A DNA stretch of 64,000 nt from an uncultured Gemmatimonadaceae bacterium (GCA_963716745.1 OY970320.1:2272001-2336000); one strand, 5' to 3'. Positions 11,516-23,329 are shown, counted from the stretch's first letter. The notes: generated by a model not told the origin, from the sequence alone. Numbers and translations are program-made.

Positions 11516-12585
11516 ACGCGCTCCCGGTGTGGGCCACCGCGCTCCCCATCGGCATCGCGTTCGGATTCATCCTCGAACGCGCCGGGCTCGGCGATCCGCG
11601 CGTCATCCTCGGGCAACTGGTGCTCCGCGATTTCACGGTGATCCGCGTGATGTTCGGCGCGATCGTGACCGCGATGCTCGTCGTGATGCTCGGCAGTGCA
11701 TTCGGGCTCATCGACCTCCATGCGATCGCGATCCCGCCCACCGATGCCGGCGCGCAGTCGCTCGGCGCGGTCATTTTCGGCGGCGGCTTCGCGCTCGCGG
11801 CGCTCTGTCCCGGCACGGCGTGCGTGGCCGCGGCCAGCGGCCGGCGCGACGGCGTCATTGCCGTGATCGGGATATTCCTCGGAACACTCGCCACGCCGCT
11901 GCTCTGGCCCGTGCTCGGAACCGCGGCAGCGCCGGTGCCGCGCGAAGGCGCACAGTTGCCGGCCGATCTCGGCTGGCCCGTCTGGACGGTGGTGCTCGCG
12001 ATCACCGCGGCGGGGGTCGCGGCATCGATGATCGCGAGGCGCATGGAGCGTCGCGAGCAGGCGGCGCAGTGGCGCCCGACTCGCGTGGAACTCTCGGCGC
12101 TCACCCTTGCTCTGCTGTTCGCGGTACTGAGCGCCCGTCCGGCGCCCGGCACGCAGGATCGCGTGAGCGCGCTCGATCTCGCGGCCATGATCAAGGATCA
12201 TCGTGCAGGCTTGCGTGTGATCGACGTTCGTGTGGGGCTCGACTCGGATGCGTACATGATCCCCGGCGCCGAGCGCTTGTCGCAAGCGCTGCACCTGTCG
12301 CCGGGCGAGCAGGTGGTGATCTACGGCGACCACGACTTCGACGCCGAGCGCGCATGGCCGGCACTGCATTCGGCCGGCGCGGTGGATGTCAGGATCCTCG
12401 CTGGCGGCATGACCGCGTGGGAAGAGGAGGTACTCTCGCCCGTGGTCCCCGCTGTGCAAGCGGACAGCGCGCTGGCGCGTTATCGCGCGGCGCGCGCTCT
12501 CTCCCTCTACTTCGGCGGCGCTCCGAACGGCGGTCGCCGGCCAGGCGCGCGCGGCTCGGGCGCCAGGAGACGGAACATATGCTGA
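11512..12585 (+). CDS. YeeE/YedE subunit fused to C-terminal rhodanese-like domain
   Basis: FGFILERAGLG, LCPGT; then VIDVR..YMIPGA..ILAGGMTAW. Confidence 0.8.
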   Translation: MNALPVWATALPIGIAFGFILERAGLGDPRVILGQLVLRDFTVIRVMFGAIVTAMLVVMLGSAFGLIDLHAIAIPPTDAGAQSLGAVIFGGGFALAALCPGTACVAAASGRRDGVIAVIGIFLGTLATPLLWPVLGTAAAPVPREGAQLPADLGWPVWTVVLAITAAGVAASMIARRMERREQAAQWRPTRVELSALTLALLFAVLSARPAPGTQDRVSALDLAAMIKDHRAGLRVIDVRVGLDSDAYMIPGAERLSQALHLSPGEQVVIYGDHDFDAERAWPALHSAGAVDVRILAGGMTAWEEEVLSPVVPAVQADSALARYRAARALSLYFGGAPNGGRRPGARGSGARRRNIC

Positions 12586-13964
12586 CCATCGCCAATGCTC
12601 CCGAGATCGCGACGAGCGTCGCGAATGACGACGCTTTCTTCGCGGCATGGCGCGCGCGCGAACTCTCGCGCGTGGAGCGCGCTGGACTCGCCTATCTCGA
12701 CTACACCGGGGCGGCGCTGTACCCCGAATCGCTCGTGCGCGCCGATGCGGCGCGGCTCGAGCGCACCGTTCTCGGCAATCCGCACTCGGAGCACGGACCA
12801 TCGCGCGCGTCCACGGAGCATGTCGAGCGGGCGCGTGAGGCAGTACTCGCGTTCCTGCATGCGGATCCGGCGGAGTACACCGTGGTGCTCACGGCGAATG
12901 CGACCGCCGCATGCCGGCTGGTTGCTGAGAGTTTCCCGTTCACGCCGGAGAGCACGCTTCTGCTCACGGCGGACAATCACAATTCGGTGAACGGCATCCG
13001 CGAGTACGCACGCTCGCGCGGTGCGACGATCTCTACGATCGCACTGGACGAAGAACTCCGGCTCAACGATCCGCGCCGCGCGCTCTCCGTGCCGGTGCGC
13101 GGCGCATCGCTGTTCGCGTTGCCCGCGCAGTCGAATTTCTCCGGCGTGCGGCATCCGCTGTCGCTCATCGCTGAAGCGCAGGCACGCGGCTTCGTCGTGC
13201 TCCTCGATGCGGCGTCGTACGTGCCCACGATGGACCTTCGGCTCGACGAGATCCACCCCGACTTCGTCGCACTCTCCGTGTACAAGATCGCGGGCTATCC
13301 GTCCGGCGTCGGCGCGCTCGTCGCGCGGCGCGAGTCGCTGGCGAGATTGCGGCGGCCCTACTTCGCAGGGGGCACTGTGCAGTGGGTGAGTGTCGAGCAT
13401 CAGCGGCACCTGCTGATGAGCGGCCCGGGTGCATTCGAGGATGGCACCGTGCCATTCCTCGCGGTGGGCGCGGTGCCGGACGCGCTCGCGGCGGTGGGCG
13501 CGGTAGGTCGCGATCGCTTGGCGCGGCATACCGCACTTCTCACGGCGCAACTGCTGCGCGGGCTCGGCTGCGCTTCGGCACAGCAATGGCCACCCCGTCG
13601 CGATCATCCACGGACCGGCGAACATGGAGTCCCGCGGCGCGGCGGTGGCGCTCTCCGTGCTCGCGCCGAACGGCGTGGCCGTGCCGTATTGGGAGGTGGA
13701 GGAGCGCGCGCGCGAGAAGAAGCTCGCGCTTCGCGGCGGCTGCTTCTGCAATCCCGGGTGCGCGGAACGCGCGTTCGGATTCGCCTCGCGCGGCACTCAG
13801 GAGTGCCTCGATGAGCTCGGCGAGGACTTCACGATCCCGCGTTTCGCCGCCTGTCTGGGGGAAGGGACCGTCGGCGCGATCCGGATCTCGTTCGGGCTGG
13901 GAAGCGTGCAGGCCGATGTGGATCGGGCGATTGAGTTCATCGCCGAATACGCGGAATGCTTTGA
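12579..13964 (+). CDS. Class V PLP enzyme, Moco-sulfurase (ABA3/MOCOS) NifS-like cysteine desulfurase; frameshift near 13568; 3' end uncertain (ORF track runs to 14103)
   Basis: YLDYTGAA, GNPHS, SVYKIAGYPSG (PLP Lys), RGGCFCNPG. Confidence 0.85.
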
Positions 13965-13966
13965 CC

Positions 13967-14092
13967 GGGCCATCGACCATCGGCCATCGGCCATCGGCCC
14001 CTGCAACAAACCATTTCCGCCTCCGTACTGTCCAAGAACAGGCCGGCCCAATCGGGGCGGTTCGATGGCCGATGGCCGATGGCCGATGGCCC
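13967..14092. repeat. Inverted heptamer arrays (CCATCGG)4 / (CCGATGG)4 enclosing a promoter
   Basis: 31-nt arms at 13967-13997 and 14062-14092, 29/31 complementary. Confidence 0.85.
14009..14035 (+). promoter_or_regulatory. ECF-type promoter motif AAC-N17-TGTCCAA
   Basis: Same motif and spacing before all five permease units. Confidence 0.65.
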
Positions 14093-14116
14093 ACCGACGA
14101 TGAACGAGGATTGAGG

Positions 14117-16628
14117 ATGCGCCAATTGAAGTTCGCCTTCCGCACGCTCTTCAAGTCCCCCTTCGTCACTACGGTGGCGATCCTGTCGCTCGCGCTCGGC
14201 ATCGGCGCGAACGCGGCGATCTTCTCGCTCTTCGACCAGATGCTGCTCCGGCCGCTGCCGGTGCGCGCGCCGGGCGAGCTGGTGAATCTCTCGGCGCCCG
14301 GGCCCAAGCCGGGGTCGCAGTCGTGCAGCCAAGCGGGGGACTGCGAGCGATGTCTTCAGCTACCGGATGTTCCAGGATCTCGAGAAGATCGCAGACCGTC
14401 CTCACCGGACTCGCCGCGCACGTCGGGATTCGGCGTAAACCTCTCGTACGATCAGCAGCCGCGAAGCGGCGACGGGATGCTCGTGTCGGGGTCCTACTTC
14501 CCGGTGCTCGGGGTCACGCCCGCGGCCGGCCGACTGCTCGGCCCCTCCGATGACGAGACGATCGGCAGCAATTTCGTGACGGTCCTCAGCTACACCTACT
14601 GGCAGTCCCGCTTCGGCGGCGATCCGTCGATGATCGGCAAGCACGATCACGATCAACGGCCAGTCGATGACGATCGTCGGCGTCGCGCCCAAGGGCTTCG
14701 ATGGCACCACGCTCGGCTCGCGGCCGCTCGTGTTCGTGCCGATCTCGATGCGCAAGGTCATGTTGCCGTGGTTCGACGGCTTCGAGAATCGTCAGAATTA
14801 TTGGGCCTATCTCTTCGGCCGCGCTCAAGCCCGGGCGTATCGATCGCGCAGGCGAGGCGCGGACTGAACGCGCTCTACCATCCGATCATCAACGACGTGG
14901 AAGCGCCGCTGCAGAAGGGCATGAGCGACGCAGACGATGGCTCAAGTTCCAGCGCGAAGAGACTCGTCGTCGACGCCGGGCCAGCGCGGGCAGAGTTCGA
15001 TGCTCACCCAGGCGAAGACGCCGCTGTTCATGCTGTTCGGCGATCACGGCGATCGTGCTGCTCATTGCCTGCGCCAACATCGCGAACCTGCTGCTCGCCC
15101 GCGGCGCGAACCGCGCGATGGAGATGGGCGTGCGCCTCGCGCTCGGCGCGAGCCGGCGGCAGTTGCTCGACGCAGCTGCTCACCGAGTCCGTGTGCTCGC
15201 CGCGCTCGGCGGGCTCGCGAGCCTCGTCGTCGCGCAATGGACGCTCGGCGCGCATCGGCACGCTGCTGCCGCCGGACGCCGATTCCCACGCTGCACTTCC
15301 AGCTCGACCCGACCGTGCTTCGTCTTCGCCGCGCTGCTGTCCGTCGTCACCGGGATTGCTGTTCGGCATGTTCCCGGCGCTGCACAGCACGCGCGCCGAT
15401 CTCGTGACCACCATTCGCGCCAACGCCGGCCAGATCTCGGGCGCGCGCGCGGCGGCGCGATTCCGCGCCACGCTCGTAACGGCGCAGATCGCGCTCTCGA
15501 TGGCGCTGCTCATCTCGGCCGGTCTCTTCATGAAGAGCCTGTTGAACGTCAGCCGCGTGGACCTGGGCATGCACGTGGACAATGTCGTGACGTTCGGCGT
15601 ATCGCCTCAACGAGCGGCTATGACAGTGCGCACATGCAGCAGTTCTACGCGCGCGTCGAGGAAGCGCTCGCCGCGATCCCGGGTGTCACCGCGGTCACGT
15701 CGTCGCTCGTTCCGCTCCTGGCCGGTAACAACTGGGGGACTGACGTGCACGTGCAAGGCTATCCGACGGCCCCGACGTGGACAATAATTCGCGCTTCAAC
15801 GCGATCGGCCCGGGCTATTTCGGGACGCTCGGCATCACGCTGCTCTCCGGCCGCGAGTTCACCGACGGCCGACGTGGCCGGCGGCGCGAAGGTCGTGATC
15901 GTGAACGAGACCTTCGCGAAGAAGTTCGGGCTCGGGAAGGACGCTGTGGGCAAGTTCATGTCGATGGCGGAAACGCGATTCGCTCAACATCCAGATCGTC
16001 GGCCTGATCAAGGACGCGAAGTACAGCGACGTGAAGGACACGATCCCGCCGGTGTTCTACGTACCGTGGAAGCAGGACTGGCGACGCAACGAACATGAAC
16101 TACTACGTGCGCACCTCCATCCCGGGCAATCAGTTGCTCAAGGCGATCCCGGCGGCGATGAAGCAGCTTCGACGGCGCGTGCCGGTGGAGGACATCAGGA
16201 CCATGCCGCAGCAGATCCGCGACAACGTGTTCCTCGACCGGATGATCAGTATCCTCTCGGCAGCATTCGCGATGCTCGCCACGCTGCTCGCGGGCGTCGG
16301 CCTGTATGGCGTGTTGGCATACACCGTGGCGCAGCGCACGCGGGAGATCGGGGTTCGCATGGCCCTCGGCGCCAATGCCGGCCGCGTCCGGGTGATGGTG
16401 ATGCGCCAGGTCGGCTGGATGATGCTCATCGGCGGCGTGATCGGTGTGGTCGCCGCGTACTTCCTGGGACGCTACGCCGCATCGCTGCTGTATGAGCTGA
16501 ACGGTTTCGATCCACTCGTGTTCTCGCTCGCGATCGTCACACTCGCGGTCGTCGCCGCGGCCGCCGGCTGGTTGCCGGCGCGCAAGGCCTCGCGCATCGA
16601 TCCGATCAAGGCGTTGAGGTACGAGTAG
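14117..16628 (+). CDS. ADOP-type duplicated ABC permease (MacB-PCD/FtsX x2), heavily frameshifted (pseudogene or assembly errors)
   Basis: [52 protein letters not shown] spread over many frames. Confidence 0.85.
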
Positions 16629-16652
16629 CTCGGGCATCGGGCATCGGGCATC
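16629..16652 (+). repeat. Heptamer tandem (TCGGGCA)x3
   Basis: CTCGGGCATCGGGCATCGGGCATC directly after the stop codon. Confidence 0.75.
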
Positions 16653-16706
16653 TATCTTTGAAAGGCGACAGCAGCCGATCCACCCTTTCAGTCGATAGGA
16701 GATAGG

Positions 16707-17093
16707 ATGACGCACCGAGCATTTCTGTTTCCACTCGCGATGCTCGCCTTCGCACCGCAGCCCGTGAGCAGTCAAAGCGACAGCACCATCCGCGTGAAGC
16801 CGCGCGCGTATTTCGCGGCGGCACCGGCGAAGGGGGTGGTCGTTGGCGTGATCGACAAGGATGGCCGTCGGCTGCGGAGCGGTCCGCACGATTTCACCAT
16901 TGCCGAGCAAGGGAAGCAACTCACCGCGCCACTCGCGGGGCAGGACGCCGGCCCCATGCGCCTCCTGGGGAACGGCACATTCGGCATGGGCTTCGACGCC
17001 AAACTGCGTATCACGTTCACGGTGGAGAACGGCCGCGCGACGAAGCTGATGCTCCTACAGAACGGAGCGACCTTCCTCGGGAGCCGGAAGTAG
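16707..17093 (+). CDS. Internally deleted serine-hydrolase paralog (signal peptide + C-terminal domain only)
   Basis: C-terminal 70 aa GPHDFTI..VENGRATKL.LLQNGATFLG.RK match the 6099-7469 product; no SxxK. Confidence 0.75.
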   Translation: MTHRAFLFPLAMLAFAPQPVSSQSDSTIRVKPRAYFAAAPAKGVVVGVIDKDGRRLRSGPHDFTIAEQGKQLTAPLAGQDAGPMRLLGNGTFGMGFDAKLRITFTVENGRATKLMLLQNGATFLGSRK

Positions 17094-17100
17094 GGCGTTC

Positions 17101-17219
17101 TTCGTTCATCGCTCCTCGTTCCTCGGCGTAACAAACCATTTCCGCGCGAGTATTGTCGAAGCAGAGGCTCACCGCGCGGGGCGGTTCCGATGGCCGAGGC
17201 ACGATGCACGATGAACGAG
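17101..17219. repeat. Inverted degenerate heptamer arrays enclosing a promoter
   Basis: 27-nt arms at 17101-17127 and 17193-17219, 22/27 complementary. Confidence 0.7.
17134..17160 (+). promoter_or_regulatory. ECF-type promoter motif AAC-N17-TGTCGAA
   Basis: Shared permease leader motif. Confidence 0.65.
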
Positions 17220-17227
17220 GATGCAAA

Positions 17228-19729
17228 ATGAGACAGCTCAAGTTCGCGTTCAGAACGCTCTTCAAGTCCCCCTTCGTCACCACGGTGGCGATCCTGTCGC
17301 TCGCGCTCGGCATCGGAGCGAACGCGGCCATGTATTCGCTGTTCGACCAGACGCTCCTGCGCGCGGTGCCGGTGCCCGATGCCGGCCGCTTGGTCGATCT
17401 CAAGGGGCCCGGCCCGCAGTTCGGATCCAACTCGTGCAGCATGATCGGAGGGTGCGACGAGGTCTTCTCGTACGCAGATGTTCCAAGACCTGCGAGAAGA
17501 GCCAGACCGTGCTCTCGGGCCTCGCGGCGCACCGCGACGCGAGCTTCAGCATCTCGTACGACCAGCAGCCCACGAACGTGCGCGGGCTGCTCATCTCGGG
17601 ATCGTATTTCCCCACGCTCCAACTCAATCCCGCGGCCGGCCGCCTCATCGGCCCGTCCGACGATACGCCGATCGGCGCGAATTTCGTCGTGGTACTGGGC
17701 TACAACTTCTGGATCTCGCGCTTCGGCGGCGATCCGGCGATCGTCGGCAAGACGATGATCGTGAACGGCCAGACGATGACGATCATTGGCGTCGCACCCA
17801 GGGGATTCCAGAGCACCTCGCTGAGCGTCGATCCGCAGGTGTTCGCGCCGATCTCGATGCGGCATGAGCTGTCGCCCTGGTTCCACGACTTCGAGAATCG
17901 GCGCAGCTATTGGGTCTATCTCTTCGGCCGAATGAAGCCGGGCGTCACGCTCGCGCAGGCGGAGGCCGGCCTCAACAAGGTGTACAAGCCGATCATCAAC
18001 GACGTGGAGGCGCCGCTCCAGAAGGGGATGAGCGAGCAGACCCTCGCGAAGTTCAAGGCGAAAGAGGTGAAGGTCGAGGATGGGCGGCGCGGCCAGAGCG
18101 TGATCCATCAGGAGGCCAAGACGCCCATGACGCTGTTGTTGGGCATCACGGTCATCGTGCTGCTCATCGCGTGCGCGAACATCGCGAACCTTCTCCTTGC
18201 GCGCGGTGCGAATCGCGCCATGGAGATGGGCGTGCGCCTCGCGCTCGGCGCCAGCCGGCGCCAGCTCCTCACGCAGCTCATCACCGAGTCGCTGCTGTTG
18301 GCCGCCATGGGCGGCATCGCGAGCCTGTTCGTGGCGCAGTGGACGCTGCGCGCCGTCTCGACCATGCTCCCGAACGACGGCGCCGCATCGCTCACCTTCT
18401 CGCTCGAGCCGCGCATCCTGCTCTTCGCCGCAGCGCTCTCGGTCGTCACCGGTTTCCTGTTCGGGATGTTCCCGGCGCTCCACAGCACGCGCGGCGATCT
18501 GGTGACGACCATCCGCTCGAACGCCGGCCAGATCTCGGGTCACCGCACCGCGGCCCGCTTCCGCTCGTCGCTCGTCACCGCACAGATCGCGCTCTCCATG
18601 GCACTGCTCATCGCCGCCGGACTCTTCATGAAGAGCCTCTCGAACATCAGCCGAGTGGACCTCGGCGTGCACGTGGACGACGTCGTGGTGTTCGGCATGT
18701 CGCCCGAGCGCGCCGGCTACGACAGCACGCGCGCGCAATTGTTCTACGGTCAAGTGGAAGAGCGGCTCGCCGCGATCCCGGGTGTCACCGGCGTCACGTC
18801 TTCGATGGTGCCGCTCCTGGCGGGCGACAACTGGGGGAACAGCGTGAAGGTGCAGGGATTCCCCGATGGCCCGGACGTGGACAACAACTCGCGCATGAAC
18901 GAAGTGGGCGGCGGTTACTTCCACATGCTCGGCATCAAGATGCTCGCGGGGCGCGATCTCACGACCGCCGATGCGCAGGGCGCGGCGAAGGTGGTGGTGG
19001 TCAACGAATCGTTCGCCAAGAAATTCAAGCTCGGCAATGATGTCGTGGGCAAGTACATGGGCCTGGGCGGAGAACACGATTCGATGGACATCCAGATCGT
19101 GGGCCTCGTGCAGAACGCTAAATACAGCGACGTGAAGGACTCCGTGCCGCCCGTGTATTACCGCCCGTGGCGGCAGGACCGCAACGCGACGTACATGAAT
19201 TTCTACGTTCGCAGTTCGCTGCCACCGGCGGAGCTGCTCAAGCGCCGTTCCCGCGGCGATGCGCCGGCTGGACGCGACCGTGCCGGTGGAGGACCTCAAG
19301 ACGATGCCGCAGCAGATCCGCGAGAACGTGTCGCTCGACCGCATGATCTCCATTCTCTCGGCATCGTTCGCGGTGCTCGCGACGCTGCTCGCGGCCGTGG
19401 GACTCTACGGCGTGCTCGCGTACACCGTGGCGCAGCGCACGCGCGAGATCGGCGTGCGCATGGCGCTCGGCGCCAACTCCAGCAGTGTGCAGCTGATGGT
19501 GATGCGGCAGGTGGGCTGGATGATGCTCATCGGCGGCACCATCGGCCTCGCCGCGGCGTACGGCCTCGGTCGCGCGGCTGCTTCGCTGCTCTACCAGTTG
19601 AGCAGCTTCGACCCCGTGGTGTTCGTGATCGCCATCGTGACCCTCGCGATCGTCGCGAGCGGCGCGGGTTGGCTGCCGGCGAGAAAGGCGTCGAGAGTAG
19701 ATCCGATCAAGGCGCTCAGGTACGAGTAG
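17228..19729 (+). CDS. ADOP-type ABC permease; frameshifts near 17475 and 19240
   Basis: MRQLKFAFRTLFKSP..DPIKALRYE; duplicated FtsX motifs. Confidence 0.92.
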
Positions 19730-19745
19730 GCGACCAGGAACGTCA

Positions 19746-22243
19746 ATGCGCCAACTGAAGCTGGCCCTTCGGACCCTCTTCAAGAGTCCGTTCGTCACCG
19801 CCGTCGCGATCCTCTCGCTCGCGCTGGGGATCGGAGCGAACGCCGCGATCTTCTCGCTCTTCGACCAGCTGCTGCTCCGGCCGCTTCCGGTTCGCGACCC
19901 GGGCGAGCTCGTGGACCTCCACGCGCCGGGCCCGAATCCCGGCTCGCAGTCGTGCGGCTTCGCCGGCGACTGCCACGATGTCTTCTCGTATCCGATGTTC
20001 CGCGACCTCGAGAAGGGGCAAGCCGTCCTCGCGGGGCTCGCCGCGCACCGCACGCTCAGCGTGAGCCTCTCATACGAGCAACAACCCGTGAGCGGAGCGG
20101 GGATGCTCGTGTCGGGCTCCTACTTCCCGACGCTCGGCGTCTCGGCCGGCGCTCGGACGCCTCATCGGCCCCGACGACGACCGCGACCATCGGCGCGCAA
20201 TTCGTGACCGTGCTCAACTACGGCTTCTGGCAGTCGCGCTTCGGCGGCGATCCATCCGTGATCGGCAAGCAGATCACGGTGAACGGGAATCAGTTCACGA
20301 TCATTGGCGTCGCACCGATTGGTTTCGAAGGCACCACGCTGGGCGTGCATCCGCTCGTGTTCTTGCCCATCACCATGCGCCACGTGGTGTCGCCCTGGTT
20401 CACCGCGTTCGACAACCGGCAGAATTACTCGATCTATCTCTTCGGCCGGATGAAACCGGGCGTTACCATCGCGCAGACGGCGGCGGGACTCAATCGCGTG
20501 TACCAACCGATCATCAAGGATGTCGAAGCGCCGCAGCAAGAGATGATGAGCCCGCAGACGCTGGAGAAGTTCAGAGCGAAGGAGATCGTCGTCACGCCCG
20601 GGCAGCGGGGTCAGAGCACGGTGCACAAGCAGGTGCGGACGCCAATGATGCTGCTTATCGCGATCACAGCCATCGTGCTGCTCATCGCCTGCGCGAACAT
20701 CGCGAACCTGCTGCTCGCGCGCGGCGCGAATCGCGCGATGGAGATGAGCGTGCGCCTCGCGCTCGGCGCGAGCCGGCGCCAGCTGCTCGGGCAGCTGCTC
20801 ACGGAGTCGATGCTACTGGCAATCCTGGGCGGACTCGCCAGCCTCATCGTCGCCCAGTGGACGCTGAGCGCTCTGGGCGCGCTCCTGCCGCCCGACGGGA
20901 TCAAGACGCTTTCCTTCCATCTCGATCCGTCGGTGCTCGCCTTCTCCGCCGCGCTGGCGGTCGCCACCGGATTCCTCTTCGGGATGTTCCCGGCGCTGCA
21001 CAGCACACGCGGCGATCTCATCACCGGCATTCGCGCCGGTGCCGGCCAGATCTCGGGCGCGCGCGCGGCGGCGCGCTTCCGCTCATCGCTCGTCACCGCT
21101 CAGATCGCGCTCTCGATGACGCTCCTCATCGCCGCCGGCCTCTTCATGAAGAGTCTCGCGAACGTCGGGCATACGGACCTCGGCATGCAGCTCGACAACG
21201 TGGTGATGCTCGGAGTCTCGCCACAGCGCGCCGGCTACGACAGCGCGCACATGCAGCAGTTCTACGGCCGAGCGGAGGAAGCGCTCGCCGCGATCCCCGG
21301 CGTCACGTCGGTCACATCGTCGCTCGTGGGGGTACTTGGCGGCGACAGCTGGGGAAATGACGTGACCGTGCAGGGTTTCCCGAGCGGACCCGACGTGGAC
21401 CAGAACTCGCGGTACAACGAAGTGGGACCCGGCTACTTCACGAAGCTCGGCGTGAAGTTCGCATCCGGCCGCGATTTCACCGAAGCCGATGTCGGAGGGA
21501 GCGCGAAGGTCGTAATCATCAACGAAGCTTTTGCGAAGAAGTTCAAGCTGGGCAAGGACGCTGTTGGCAAGTTCATCTCGCAGGGGCACCACGACTCGCT
21601 CGACACGCAGATCGTGGGCGTCATTCGCGACGCCAAGTACAACGGAGTGAAGGACACCGTCATCGCCGTGTACTACGTGCCATGGAAGCAGATGGCCGAC
21701 GCGACCTACATGTACTACTACGTGAGCAGTGCGCTTCCCGCATCGCAGCTGCTGCGGGACATCCCGGCGGCCATGAAGCGCTTCGACGCGAACGTGCCGG
21801 TGGAAGGTCTCAAAACGATGCCGCAACAGATCAAGGACAACGTCTTCCTTGACCGGATGATCAGCATTCTCTCCGCGGCGTTCGCGGTGCTCGCGACGCT
21901 GCTCGCCGGCATCGGCCTCTACGGTGTGCTCGCGTACACCGTGGCGCAGCGCACGCGTGAGATCGGCGTACGCATGGCGCTCGGCGCGGACTCGGCCCGC
22001 GTGCAAGTGATGGTGCTGCGGCAGGTGGGCGTCATGGTGTTCATCGGCGGAACGATCGGGCTAGTGGCCGCGTACGGGCTCGGCCGCGCCGCGGCGTCGC
22101 TGCTCTACGAGCTGAAGAGCTTCGACCCGGTGGTCTTCTCGCTCGCGGTGCTCACGCTCGGGCTCGTTGCGATCTGCGCCGGTTGGCTGCCGGCGCGCAA
22201 AGCGTCGAAGGTGGATCCGATCAAGGCGCTGAGATACGAGTAG
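19746..22243 (+). CDS. ADOP-type ABC permease; frameshift(s) near 20150-20185
   Basis: Close paralog of the two preceding genes. Confidence 0.92.
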
Positions 22244-22480
22244 CTACTCGTCCAGCGCTGTGACACTCACATCGGCGCGCCCTTCGAGATCGTACGTCAC
22301 GTGCACCGTCCAGGGCTGGCAGCACACCTGGCAGTCCTCGACGTACTCCTGCGCCTCCCCGCTGTCCGGATCGAGCGCGATCTCGTTCTCCTCGCCGCAA
22401 TACGGGCAGAGTACGGTCGCCTCCGTGTCGGCGAGCGGCTGGTCGTCGGATGACTCGTCGAGCGAGTTTTCGTCGTCCAT
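22244..22480 (-). CDS. CPXCG-motif cysteine-rich protein
   Basis: CPYCGE..YVEDCQVCCQP. Confidence 0.9.
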   Translation of the reverse strand: MDDENSLDESSDDQPLADTEATVLCPYCGEENEIALDPDSGEAQEYVEDCQVCCQPWTVHVTYDLEGRADVSVTALDE

Positions 22481-22558
22481 CGTGAACACCTCGGTAGGAC
22501 CCACAAGCTAGCCGAGCGCCGCTATGGACGGAGGGGCACATGCGTCACAGTTTGGTGC

Positions 22559-23329
22559 ATGTTCGCACCGGCTCTGCTCCTCTGGCTCTCCGTCTTCGCG
22601 TCGCGTCCGCTCCCCGGCAATGTAGTGGACATTGCCGAGGGTGATTACTACATCACCGCACCGGATTCGATCCCTGCTGGGCTCACCACCCTGCGCCTTC
22701 GCACCGTTTCCGACGGTCATGGTGCGTGGCTCGTTCGACTGCCGGCTGGGAAGACGCTCGCCGACTGGATCGCGGCGACCAAAGAGCACGACATCGCAAC
22801 ATGGGCGGAGCATCTCGCCGGCCCTGGTTTTCCTGGTGCGGGCCGGACCGCGAATGCGACCTACCTGTTGTCCCCGGGCAACTACCTGATCGTCTGCTTC
22901 GTGCGCGGGTCGGATGGCGTGGCCCACACGAAGAAAGGGATGTTCCATGCGGTTCTCGTGACGCCTTCCTCTGCTACCGTTTCGTTGCCGGCGCCCGAAT
23001 TGACGGTGACGCTCACTGAATACAAGTTCGCGTTTTCGAACCCGCTCACGACGGGTCCGCATCTCGTGCGCGTCGTCAACGCGGGCACGACCTGGCACGA
23101 ATTCCGCCTGAGTCGAGTTCTGCCCGGTCACACCATGGAGGAGGCGATCAAGTGGGACCCGTCGTCGGGCAAGCCGCGCCTCGATGAGGACTATGGCGGC
23201 CTCACAACGCTCCCGGCCGGCACGAGCGTGCTCACCACCCTCGATCTTCCGCCGGGCGAATACGTGATCTTCTGCGTGCCGGAGTTCGAGCATGGGATGT
23301 TCCTGCCGCTCACGATCGCGAGGCAATGA
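22559..23329 (+). CDS. Secreted protein with two cupredoxin-like domains
   Basis: Signal peptide; PGNYLIVCF..H.KKGM and PGEYVIFC..HGM. Confidence 0.6.
   Translation: MFAPALLLWLSVFASRPLPGNVVDIAEGDYYITAPDSIPAGLTTLRLRTVSDGHGAWLVRLPAGKTLADWIAATKEHDIATWAEHLAGPGFPGAGRTANATYLLSPGNYLIVCFVRGSDGVAHTKKGMFHAVLVTPSSATVSLPAPELTVTLTEYKFAFSNPLTTGPHLVRVVNAGTTWHEFRLSRVLPGHTMEEAIKWDPSSGKPRLDEDYGGLTTLPAGTSVLTTLDLPPGEYVIFCVPEFEHGMFLPLTIARQ

Noticed and set aside
10936..12585. 549-aa double-YeeE fusion ORF
   Set aside because: A frameshift near 11445 bridges two genes; an ATGA overlap at 11512-11515 marks the likely junction.
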